From NCBI GenBank assembly GCA_039545335.1, contig BCIN01000009.1, positions 62,001-126,000 of the forward strand: a stretch of DNA of 64,000 nucleotides. Reading direction: 5' to 3'. A program made the translations under genes and the position numbers. This DNA is from Kondoa subrosea. Taxonomy: Eukaryota. Shown in pieces: positions 40,459-51,018 of this stretch (its first letter is position 1; each line of letters opens with the position of its first letter). Below the pieces are notes generated by a model. That model ran no database searches and was not told the DNA's origin. It saw only the letters and a program-made list of their open reading frames with translations.

Positions 40459-41877
40459 CTAACTTCGTCCCCACATCGCGTGTTGATAGGCACTGTCCTC
40501 AGGAGCGATGCGAAACTTATTGCCGATCTCGACCTCTTCATCGCCATTGCCTCCCAATGTGGATCCAAGTCTCGCTGTAAGTATCTTCTTCAGTTTCCTG
40601 AAAGCGTAATCGCTTTGCTCTTGCGGAATTTGGAAGAATCTTCTGAAGTCATCGGAACGGGGATTGGTTATGTTCTGCTTAGGGAAACGACCTTTATTTG
40701 CGGGCTGATTTTCATGCGTCGTTTCGCGAATGTAACGATAGTAGTTTAATTCGTCATGGTATGCCTTGCAAAGAGCACGAAACAGGTCGATGTGATTAGG
40801 AGGAATCTTCACCAATTTCGTGTTCAAGAATGCTTTGAAGAGATCGGCTAAATCCTGGGGCGGTAGTCCGAAGCGGGCAGGAAAGTCATTTTTGGCTTCT
40901 TGCACGATTGGCTTTGCAAGATTTGTCACAATCTCGGATAGCTCAGACTGGATGCTGTTGTTGTTGTTTATTATCTCCATGAGCCGGGCGAATTTTGCCA
41001 ACCTGTCCTCGATCTGCAAGGGCGTCTTTGAATCGAGCTCCCTCGAAATCGATACAAAGTGAGTGTGGTAAACGGGATGCACCAAAGTCTGATGTGTAGG
41101 ATTGTGAGCTTCAGCGGGCCAAAAGGTTTTCACGATAGGATCGCAATAAGCCAGATCAGATGCAACCTTGACTGGAGTAGGTCTGCTGAGCTCGATGTAC
41201 AGATAGCGAGCACAATCTGACTTACTGTGTCGTTTTCCCTGCTCGCCCATGATAGTGCTTGCGGCTTCATGCTGGCTTGTGAGATTGGCCAAGTGATTGT
41301 TATGGTGGCGGACGAGTACGCTTTTCAATGCGTCACACTCTGTAACCCAGTCATGCACGTGTTTGCGGAACATATCTTGATTCGAGGCAATCAGCGATGG
41401 AACTCGGAACCATAACTCGATGAGATAGATCTTTGCGATATGTAGAGTGACGGCGACTGCTTCGAGAGAGCCAAACCCGCCATTTGCTCGATCAGCGTTG
41501 TGCCGGAGAAGGTTCTCCATCATGTATGTCCATCGAGTGGTATAGCGAGCAGCATTGAGAGCCTGCTGAAAACGACGTAAAATATCGTGGACTAGATTGC
41601 TTTCGGCTTCAGACAAGACTTTGTGACCGTTGCGTTGAAGTTCGTTAATTAGCTTTCCCACGGCTGTATACTGCTCAGTGTACCATAAGGGCCATGTGGT
41701 AGCGACTATCGCGGTGGGCGGTGTATGGTCGAAGAGAGGAGGACAGTTGGGATGCTTGGGATGGTACTGCCTCATGAGCGCTCCTGATACTTTGACGGCA
41801 GCAGGATCAGCTAAGGGAGATGCGAAGCCACGATTGTCGGCGACAAGATCTATAGCAGTAAGATTAGAAGTCTTCAT
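40459..41877 (-). CDS. Orphan 472-aa protein (single long exon)
   Basis: 1419-nt uninterrupted ORF with coding-like composition and no recognisable motif. A 5' exon may exist but could not be resolved. Confidence 0.7.
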   Translation of the reverse strand: MKTSNLTAIDLVADNRGFASPLADPAAVKVSGALMRQYHPKHPNCPPLFDHTPPTAIVATTWPLWYTEQYTAVGKLINELQRNGHKVLSEAESNLVHDILRRFQQALNAARYTTRWTYMMENLLRHNADRANGGFGSLEAVAVTLHIAKIYLIELWFRVPSLIASNQDMFRKHVHDWVTECDALKSVLVRHHNNHLANLTSQHEAASTIMGEQGKRHSKSDCARYLYIELSRPTPVKVASDLAYCDPIVKTFWPAEAHNPTHQTLVHPVYHTHFVSISRELDSKTPLQIEDRLAKFARLMEIINNNNSIQSELSEIVTNLAKPIVQEAKNDFPARFGLPPQDLADLFKAFLNTKLVKIPPNHIDLFRALCKAYHDELNYYRYIRETTHENQPANKGRFPKQNITNPRSDDFRRFFQIPQEQSDYAFRKLKKILTARLGSTLGGNGDEEVEIGNKFRIAPEDSAYQHAMWGRS

Positions 41878-42373
41878 CTGAGAGGAGGAGCTTACTGCTC
41901 AGATTGATGGGAAACTGGCTCATTCTGTACCGAAATATCTCTGTTCTTCCTCAAAGGGTTTTAAGCTTCTTTCAACATTAGGATAAGAAGCATAGCGAAG
42001 CCTACAATAGGGTTTAGATAGCTTTCAAGTAAAGAATTCGAGAAGGATAGCAGGTTTGGGACAAGAATATAGAGGCTCGAAAACTGAAGATAACTCATAA
42101 AGTATAAAGGGAAGACAAATGTTTCAAGACCTTGCCGTTCGATTGAACTAGCATTCAAGGTCAACCGACACATACCTTTCGATCGCAGGCCAGCAATCGT
42201 TATAAATGCTTGAGACAAGCGCTGAGGAAGAGCATATCAAAGCTCAAACTTCGGAAGATTGCTTCCAGTGGAAGAAGGGGAGTCAGATCAATTGATCACA
42301 AACAGAGAGAAAGAGAGAGCGAGAGCGATATAGAATGAGTACTGTACAGTAAGCATGATCCATTTGCATGCTA

Positions 42374-43327
42374 TCATTTCTGCTGCTTGGGCGCGAGCGC
42401 ATCTAGATCTACTTCTCTTACTCCTGATGCATCTGTTGATACCAGCTATTGATGAGCACTCATCGTGCATAGCTAGCGAAGGGACTAACCTATCACTCTG
42501 ACTTTGAACTTCCCTCTGTAAAACCCGAAAGGCAAGTATCAGCTGTATACTGATTCTGCAAACGGAACCTTACAGATTGATGATGAATCTCGTTTCCAAT
42601 TCATCAATACACCTTCTGAGCAATCTCAAACCCTCATTCAAATCCCCATTCGGGTTATGAAACCTATCCATAGTAGACAAACAGAAATACGAAGCGTAGC
42701 CTTGAGCGGAATAAGGTGTTTTCGCTTTCGTTCCCAAGTAATCAATCCAGTATAAATGTGGTTCTGAAGTTGTTGGATCGTAGCCTCCTAGTAAGAGGTT
42801 GACGGAATAAGGATGTTTGGATCGTAGGGATTCGGCTAGCGTTTTTCGGACCCAGGAAGAAGAAGGACCAGGTAAGAGGATAGTGTGATTACTGTGCGCG
42901 ATTCCACTGATCAATTAGGGAGAGCCTAAAGTAGTGAGTGTTGAGCGCACCGAATTGCTTCAAGCTTCAGATTCGCTTCCAAGTATTCAGCAAACTGGAC
43001 TGTATCGCCTGTCCAAACCAAATATTTCAATACACGGTCAAAGAGTGTATGAAACAGCTAGTACGGACCTGGTTCACCAGAATAAGCAAAGACCAGTGTA
43101 TCGCCAATAACCTTCATTTTGTCCTCATCGCCCTTCATTTTGACTATAGACCTGACTGAAGACGTGTCTGATGCGATAATGCAGTAATCTTTGCCTGTAA
43201 TTCCAAACTGCGAGATGTGTGAGTTTGGGTCTATGGACAGCTCGAAGGAAAGAGGCAGCTGACTTGACACTCTGTATTGATGCTATTAGTATCAATAGGA
43301 CGGCTTGATAGTAATCTGCTCACCCAT
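42374..43327 (-). CDS. PRE1: 20S proteasome beta-4 subunit
   Basis: Spliced MECQFGITGKDYCIIASD..KMKGDEDKM..FAYSGEPGDTVQFAEY, LRSKHPYSVNLLLGGYD..LYWIDYLG..GYASYFCLSTMDR. Confidence 0.95.
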
Positions 43328-43479
43328 TATGGCTTTGTTTGAGTTGCTTGGTAGCGAAGAGGAGGAATTACGAGTCCCAGATCTCTAGTTTGCGTTCGTA
43401 AATCTTACAAAGATCACGTGCAAGCGGTCTCATGCTTAGATTTCTCAAATCCTTTCTTTCCAATCCATCAACCTCACAA

Positions 43480-44459
43480 ATGGTCAGTCAGCAATGGGTG
43501 CAGTCAGAATATCTCTGATCCATTCTCCATATGCCACTGACAGGCCAAAGCAAAGAAGACTCGAAAGTTCGCTGCTGTTAAACGAATGCTAGCACCAACA
43601 GATGCTCGATTGTGCGTTGCTTTCATCCTGTGCTGTATCATAGCTCTGGGCTAAGCTCAACCGCACAGGAAAGACTCGAAAGCCAAAGCAGAAAAGACTC
43701 TAGCAGAAACGAAAGCCAAAGAAACTCATAGAGTGTTCGTACTGTCCCTCTTACAGCTTGGAAGTCTGTCTGATGTGTTGAAATACAGAGCACCACTACC
43801 TTCTTCGCTTTTCTTGAGTCATAACGAAGCTTTAGCACCTCCTTATAGAATTCTGGTCGATACCAATTTCATCAACTTATCATTGGAGAATCGGATAGAT
43901 ATCGTTCGAGGAATGATGGATTGCCTACTTGCGAAATGTGCGTTGTCTTCAATCTCTTGCTAGATTAGGTACAGATGTCATGCTTCCACAGGTATACCGT
44001 GTATATCGGATTGCGTTATTGCCGAATTGGAGAAACTAGGCTCAAAATACAGATTAGCGCTTCGGTACGTCTCTCTCAATATTCATCATTCGATGTGTAA
44101 TTGACGAAGGACTTCGCAGAGTCGCAAAAGATCCTCGATTCGAACGATTACCTTGTTCTCACAAAGGGACCTACGCCGATGACTGTATCGTTCAACGAAT
44201 CACTTCACATCGATGTTATATCGTCGCAACGTGCGATAAAGCTTTACGAAGGAGGATAAGGAAGATTCCCGGTACACCCTTAATGAATATTGTCTGTCCT
44301 CCTTTCCTTGTCGATTATAGATCGATTACTGATTTTGGTTTGATTGACAGACAAGGCATCAATACGCTATAGAACGATTACCGTACGTTCCCACCTTGTC
44401 CCCGGATGATTGTGTTTAAAGCTCATCTGATGATCTGCAGTGATCAAGCTGTTGGATAA
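43480..44459 (+). CDS. FCF1: PIN-domain pre-rRNA endonuclease Fcf1/Utp24
   Basis: [81 protein letters not shown]. Confidence 0.96.
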
Positions 44460-44705
44460 AGTGGAAGGCAGGCCATCTTATTTCTATTCAGTCAAGTATA
44501 GACCATTGTAATATTTTAAGATTCCCATTGCATATTGAAACTCGATACCGCATGATTAGGGGCGATGTCTCAAAGTCGGAAAAAAGGCAGTCCTTATGAC
44601 CATTACATTGCCATTGCATAAAGTGTCAATGCTCTCTGTGTTTGCATGCCCGCACGCTTAAATACATCAAAATCATTCTGCCAAAACCCCAGAAAGTACG
44701 AAAGA

Positions 44706-45806
44706 TTACTCCCAATGAGAAGTCGAATCTAAATCTCGACGGAGCTTGTAACTGCATTTTCTTCGTCCAGTACATCTGTGAGGGAACAAGTCAACGGGAA
44801 CTACAATATCAAGTAGATCGCTTTGAAGTGGAACTCACTTTCCGTTCTTCCAGTACGAGCGAGGTTGACAATTGCCTCCGCCAGCTATACAAATCGGTGA
44901 GCACAAAGGAGGTAGGGAAGATGACAAGGGAGCAACGTACGATTACGAGGCATTGGTTCTTCGGGCAAGCACGGAATGCTATTGGGATAAGATTTAAGCC
45001 AGACAATATGCTGAGGAGAATACTAGCTTACTCGTAACCGCAATCATTGTGACACTGATGACAGTTCGTTCAGAAACAGGAAATGCAACGAATCGAAAGA
45101 CACTTACACTTAAAGAAGAAAGGACATGCATATCAAAATCAAATGAACATACAAAGTAAAATAGATGCACTCACACTTGATCAACAACAGCTTGAGCGGT
45201 CTTGACAGCATGAATCAAAGCTTTTGCAGTAGGACGTCTGCTTTTCGCTACTTTGCAAACTCGGTTCGCGCCAGCGCCTATGCACAGGACATCTTAATTT
45301 GACTTCTCTACCCGGTTAAGAGATGAAAGCACGATGAGCAGGATACTCTGTCTGTCCAGTTTACATCGAACAATTAGCGCAAACAACGCTGTAGTGATGT
45401 GAACGGACGCAGCATGTTCCAGCACCCCAGCAATCAGCTAGATGAGAGTACCACCTGTCAACTCTCATTAATCTGCATTGCACTGTGATTCAAACTTCGA
45501 AGACTGACTTGCAGTAACATTTGGCTCTTTTCATAGTGTTCTTGATAGAACTATTCTCCAATCAGCTTAAACGCGTGAATAAGTGATGAGATGCCTACTG
45601 GCAGTTATCTTTTAGCTTGGTGCAATCATTGCCGATACCCAAACACTGAGCGAGTTGGGAGCCTGTCCGTCCATCTAAAGTCAGCCATTGAATTAGCAGA
45701 GCATGCATTGCCACGGACCTGCTCCCATTGAACAACCACCATCACCTGCTGAGACCAGTGAAACGAGAGCGCCGAAAGCCAGCAGGGTAAGAATAAGAGA
45801 TTTCAT
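44706..45806 (-). CDS. Small secreted cysteine-rich protein, ~11 short exons
   Basis: Signal peptide MKSLILTLLAFGALVSLVSA. Spliced exons GDGGCSMGAD/GRTGSQLAQCLGIGNDCTKLKDNCH/SIKNTMKRAKCYCK/WYSHLADCWGAGTC... and 3' exons CHNDCGYD/IPCLPEEPMPRNP/GGGNCQPRSYWKNGK/CTGRRKCSYKLRRDLDSTSHWE* are phase-consistent. Central junctions are ambiguous. Confidence 0.75.
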
Positions 45807-46110
45807 GTTTTGATCAACAAGACACGCGAGGGACTCGAGGGAGGAATGAAAAAACGAATGTGTTGCTGTGCTGGTCAGCGAGTCAGTGTTAGCAGGGCTG
45901 AGAAGGAAAGAGAGGGCCTGGAAGAGCGTTAAAGGAGGAGGCCCAAACACCTTCTCTTCTCAAGCGAGGTTGTGACAGATGAACATTTCACCGATGACGA
46001 TGAATCGCATTATGAGAATCCGACTTCCTGAATTCCCGGGAAAGCTGATTAGCTCAGAAAGAATCGAGCATTGCTCTCTTCTCTACACACTCGCATACCT
46101 ATAAGACAAG

Positions 46111-48642
46111 ATGCAAGCAGTAGCAAACGCAGCCCAAAAGCACATGGGCGTGAGTGCTCTCAGAACTCGAGAAAGCGAGTCTATGTTGATTCGCATGACA
46201 TAGCCTATGCCTACAACAATCGATGCTGGTCTGTACTTGTCATACTAGATGACATTGTAGCTCACTCGATACTGGCAGGTTATGAATCCAAGAAGGACGG
46301 CAGCACGATGAGAGCTCTAGGTAAAGCATGACCTGTGCTTCTATTTACTAGAAGACTCATCTCTGTTCTCTGATTGTATCCAGCTTGGTGAGTATCTTCT
46401 ATCGATAGGCTATACAACGCTGAATTGTTCTTTGCAGGTTTGGCAATTCGGATGTTCGCATGGTTGATGCTCCTCGACCAGCTTTGACCAACCCTGGAGA
46501 TGTCATCCTTAAGATCACCGGAACGTGAGTCGTCCATTCCATCCAGTACGGAGGCAGAAACTGATGAGCTTGGACCTAGGACTATTTGCGGATCTGATCT
46601 TGTAAGCACATATATACTTGGACGCAGCCTGACACTGAATTAACATATTAACACAGCATCTCTACAGATCAGAGATTCTCGCTCTTCAGAAGTAAGTCTT
46701 GCACGAGCGGTTGACAGTTTAGCGAGAACTGATGATGATTTCGTGCTATTAGAGGCGATATCCTTGGCCACGAATTTTGCGGAATCGTCGACGAGGTTGG
46801 TGCAGACTGCAAGAAGCTACAGAAAGGACAGAGAGTAGTCGTTTCCTTCCAAGTCGCTTGCGGTCATTGTCATGTCAGTAATGAGCTTCGACCAAAGTAC
46901 ATAATACTTACATCGTTGACTTCTGACAGTACTGCGACCAGAAGCTCTCTTCCTTCTGTGATAACACCAATGACTCAAGTCTTATGTCGTATGTAGTCAG
47001 TAGCATCTACTCTGTCTGTTCGCTCATGTCTATGCTTCTTGACTGCCGTAGAACAATGTATGGTCAAAGAGATGCTGGTTTCTTTGGCTATTCACACTTC
47101 ACTGGCGGCTTTGGTGAGTTTATTATCTGACTTTGTGCGGATGGTATCTGACGAATGATATCTCCTAGCTGGTGGACAAGCTGGTGAGTTTCCTTCTTGC
47201 TTCCTCGCGTGAATCAAGCTGATTGCAAGGATCAAAGAATACGTTCGCGTACCTTATGGTAAATAGTTATAACCTCTTCAATCCTCACCATCTTATCTAA
47301 TATTCTGATTCTTAGGCGAGGTCAACTGTCTCCCAATCCCTGATGAAGTACCCGACGAGAAGGTAAGCTCATCCTTCATCATCTACGATTGATGAAGCTG
47401 ATAGATTACAGGCTCTCTACCTTGTAGGATCGATCTCACCAATGGTATTCCCATGACTGACTGGCTTTTATTCAAGTCCGATATCTTACCTACTTCGTAT
47501 CACAATGTCGTCGATACTGGTGTAACTGAAGGTGATGTTGTAGGTATCTGTGAGTTGCAAGTATCGAGTTGTTTTGACATAGACTCATCGTATTGCTGAA
47601 ATTCACAGGGGGTTTAGTGCGTTGATTGATAGAAGGGCAAAATATTCTCGACTTACCGTGACATGCAGGGTCCAATCGGCCTTTGCGCTGCCAAATTTTC
47701 TCAACTCAAGAAAGCAAAGAGAATCATTGGTATCGATCGAGTACCAGAACGTCTTGCTTTCGCTCGCGATGTCTTAGGCATTGAAACCATTGACTTCTCT
47801 CAACATACCGATGTCGCTAAGAAAGTCTTGGAAATGGTACCTGAAGGTTTGGACAGAGCGTGAGTCGGTTTTTGCGCATTGTCTGGCCTCTTTGGTTGAT
47901 CAAGGCGCTCCACATGATACAGGCTCGACTGCGGTACTTTCCACGAACCTAAGACTCTCCTTCATAAGATCGAAAAGACTTTAATGCTCGAAACTGAGTA
48001 AGCTTGAAGACTGCTGCCTCATATGATTTGATGCTCATGAATTTTAGCGTCTCTGAGACCGCCAATGAGTGCATCAAGTCTGTCCGAAAGGTACGTTAAG
48101 AGCCTCTCTGACAACAACTCCGTTCGCTCATGTCTATGCTTCTTGACTGCCATAGATGGGTTCGGTGGGACTGATTGCCGCATATGCCGGATACACCAAT
48201 CATTTCAACATTGGGTAAGTTGATGCGCAAAGTTGTTTCAGTCATTCTGAATCGATCCTTTGCTCTTCCTTACAGAGCTGTAATGGAGAAAGGTGTTCGC
48301 TTCATCGGTAACGGTCAAGCACCGGTCCACAAATACTGGGAGGAGATCATGGAATATATCAAAGATGGCACCTTCGATCCTCTGTGAGTCTGGTCTGCCA
48401 GCGTCAAAGTCTATGACTGATCAAAACGTAGATTCGTCGTTACTCATCGATTCGATATTGAAGAATTCCCGGTAAGTTCAGTTCCCCACTCGAAGTAGTC
48501 TCATCTGATAGAGTTTGTCTTGCAGGCACTCTACGCCGCTTTCCAAGCACGCAAAGGAGGCGTCGAGAAAGTCTACGTTCAGACTCAGTTCTCTTCACCT
48601 CACGTCGTTGGTCCTAAGTTGACCAAAGTCGCTGACTTGTGA
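46111..48642 (+). CDS. Zinc-dependent MDR-family dehydrogenase (formaldehyde dehydrogenase-like), 22 introns
   Basis: [37 protein letters not shown] (structural Zn), [51 protein letters not shown]. Confidence 0.94.
47018..47052 (+). repeat. Dispersed repeat copy 1 (3' half of dehydrogenase intron 9)
   Basis: GTTCGCTCATGTCTATGCTTCTTGACTGCCGTAGA matches 48122-48156 at 34/35 nt. Confidence 0.95.
48122..48156 (+). repeat. Dispersed repeat copy 2 (3' half of dehydrogenase intron 19)
   Basis: GTTCGCTCATGTCTATGCTTCTTGACTGCCATAGA matches 47018-47052 at 34/35 nt. Confidence 0.95.
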
Positions 48643-48697
48643 ACGTTGGGTATAACTAGAGATGTTGTAACATAGAGATTTCAGATGAAAGAAACGA

Positions 48698-48758
48698 CTA
48701 CATTCCAGTCCTTATTTACAATTCTATTCTACATTCCAGTCCTTATTTACAATTCTAT
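48698..48758 (+). repeat. Perfect tandem duplication, 31-bp period, in the dehydrogenase 3' flank
   Basis: CTACATTCCAGTCCTTATTTACAATTCTAT occurs at 48698 and 48729. Confidence 0.95.
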
Positions 48759-49057
48759 GCAATCATCGTCCGAGTCTTTCCCGTTGTAACGCAAGGGCTT
48801 GAACTCTTGGAACACGATTTAACTCTCAGCTCTCGGTCACGTTTGATCGACAATAGACCTACTTGAATCCTTGACTATGGAGCACAAGATCTTGTGACTA
48901 GCTTTGGTTTTCCAAGCTAGAAGAACTCGCATCAGACAAAAGAGCCCGGTACGATAGACAGCCGTACCAGCTGTCTGACACTCTTTGGAGCACAGTCGAG
49001 TAACATTACATCTAGATAAGGTTATTAAAACCTGTTAAACGAAGCCAAACATCGCAT

Positions 49058-49984
49058 TTACTGTGTACATAAAGATCTTGTCAATTTGCTGCAAACAAAA
49101 CACCTACAAGGCTCCTTCCCTTTCACGTGCCATCTCAGTCTCTTTGCCGCATTTGGGCAAAGAAAATCCTCATCACAATCGTGCGGTGGACCTCGGTCTG
49201 GATCATAGTAGGTCACGCTCGAGTTGAGAGATATGGAACACGTGACTGCATATACTGGTTTCACATCATAGCCATCTGAAGATCTGGTTGATCTTTCAGC
49301 GTCCAGCTTCTCTTTTAATGCTTCGTATGCTTCTTCAGACAGAGGATTATCTTCTTTCCTCAAATAATGTGGTGGAAATTTGTATACTTGAGCATAAGAG
49401 TAATAGAGAGGGTATAAGATGTCGAAAGCTTCTTTATCTTCGGAATCCAGGAGAACGGTGAGTGACATTTCTACTAATTTTGGGTGCATCTTGTTTTGAA
49501 GAAAACAAGCAAATAAGTCTATGCATGGTAATCGAGCTGTTGTACGGAGAAGGGCAGGGCAAATGCGTTTGACGAGAAGAGCTTTCTCTTCCAATGATAC
49601 GTATAACCTGAAGAAGGAAGAGAAGAAAGTAGTGAAGAATTGAGTATTGAAATCCGAGAGTTCGAGCAAACTATCTGTAGCGACTTGGAGTCCCCATCCC
49701 AGGTCTTCGTCGGATGAATGCATAGTTGGATCTTCATAGCAGGGGTCCCGCAGTATTTGAAGGAGAGTTCTGTTCTCAGCAGCAGTGAAGTTGGCAACAT
49801 GCGGAATTAGTGAGAGCAAAGCCGTTTCCAGTAACTTTTCCCATTGTTCTGAGTTGTATTTAGGGCGAGGATAATCTTCCAGAAACAGTTCGCGACGAGC
49901 CTGCAACGAAGAATTAGCTAAGCATGTCTATCAAATCTGAGACATTTGCCTTACCATTTTATTGAGAACGAAGAGGCATCCCAT
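49058..49984 (-). CDS. Hypothetical protein with C-terminal Cys/His cluster; 5' region unresolved and possibly degenerate
   Basis: 282-codon exon ending HDCDEDFLCP..WH..PCRCFVC..C. Intron 49954-49901 joins a short upstream exon. Further upstream, coding-like frames contain stops. Confidence 0.55.
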
Positions 49985-51018
49985 ATAGAGCCATAGAAGT
50001 CCCTCAGATCTTTCCTCATTCGCTCTTTGTTATCCAGAGCTTCATCCCTGAGACTAGCTTTGGCTCCGGCACGGAGTCGCCAGAATCGGCCATCTTCGAT
50101 GTCATCGTCGTCATACCTAGGATCTCCCCGTCGTAGGTTTCGTCATCAAGCATTTCTCGCCAGAATTGACATGCATTGAGGGCAGCTAGATGATATTCAT
50201 AGTTTTAGCTCCTATTGAAACATTTGAAAGCTTGACGGTTTGACACACGTACTGGCCAGCCATATAGTGGACCCCTCTTTCCAAAGACATCGCTTCAAGA
50301 AATCCAGCGAATCCGGCATGCCTTGCCTTCTCAGTCGTTGCTCGCAAGTAGCCCTCAGTTAATCTTCCTACTATGTTCTTCCACCTCCTCTACTATCGCT
50401 ATCAACGCTTCTTCGGACCGGTCAGTCGGTGCTTTGTTGCAGAAAAATTGTCTCTTGACTTTCTTCAGGAAACGACCTCCATTTCAAAAAGCACATCTCG
50501 ATAGACAGAGAAGCGAGGGGAGTGCTTTTGTACTTCCCTTTGCAGGCTCGATGAATTGTTTGATGCCGTCTGTGAGGTCCAGATTAAGAAAAATTCATTC
50601 AGAATAGGAAGACTTTGGGTGGGTTGCTGGATTTTGCTCTTCTTATACTTCATTCACGTGAGTAAGAATGGGAACTACCAGTGTCCCAATGGTCGGCCGG
50701 ACATTTGAGATATTACAGAGTTTGGGAGAAATGTAATATGATCGCATTGCTTCATATTGGCTGTCACAGCTTGATACATACTGGAGCTACTGTTTCTCAC
50801 CAGAAGACATCGAGAGAGTTGTGTGTCTTGCCTTGAAATCACATATTCCAACTTTTGCCTTGTACAACCGCGCTCGAACGTCCTTTCCGAGCTGCTTTCA
50901 CGACTGCGTACGGCCTGCAGAGCCATAGCATACACTACAGTAGCAGGAGACATCGTCTGATTTGGGAGGGAGAGATATCCAGAATCCTCGATACCCTTAC
51001 GCGCGTCTTTGCTTTGGG

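Noticed and set aside
43275..43297. Short inverted repeat in PRE1 intron 1
   Set aside because: AT-rich and short with a minimal loop; no evidence of function.
44642..45037. 131-aa plus-strand ORF
   Set aside because: It has a non-ATG start, and the interval is better explained by four phase-matched minus-strand exons of the cysteine-rich gene.
48698..48758. 31-bp repeat as a CRISPR-like array
   Set aside because: Two abutting copies with no spacer, in a eukaryotic context with no cas genes.
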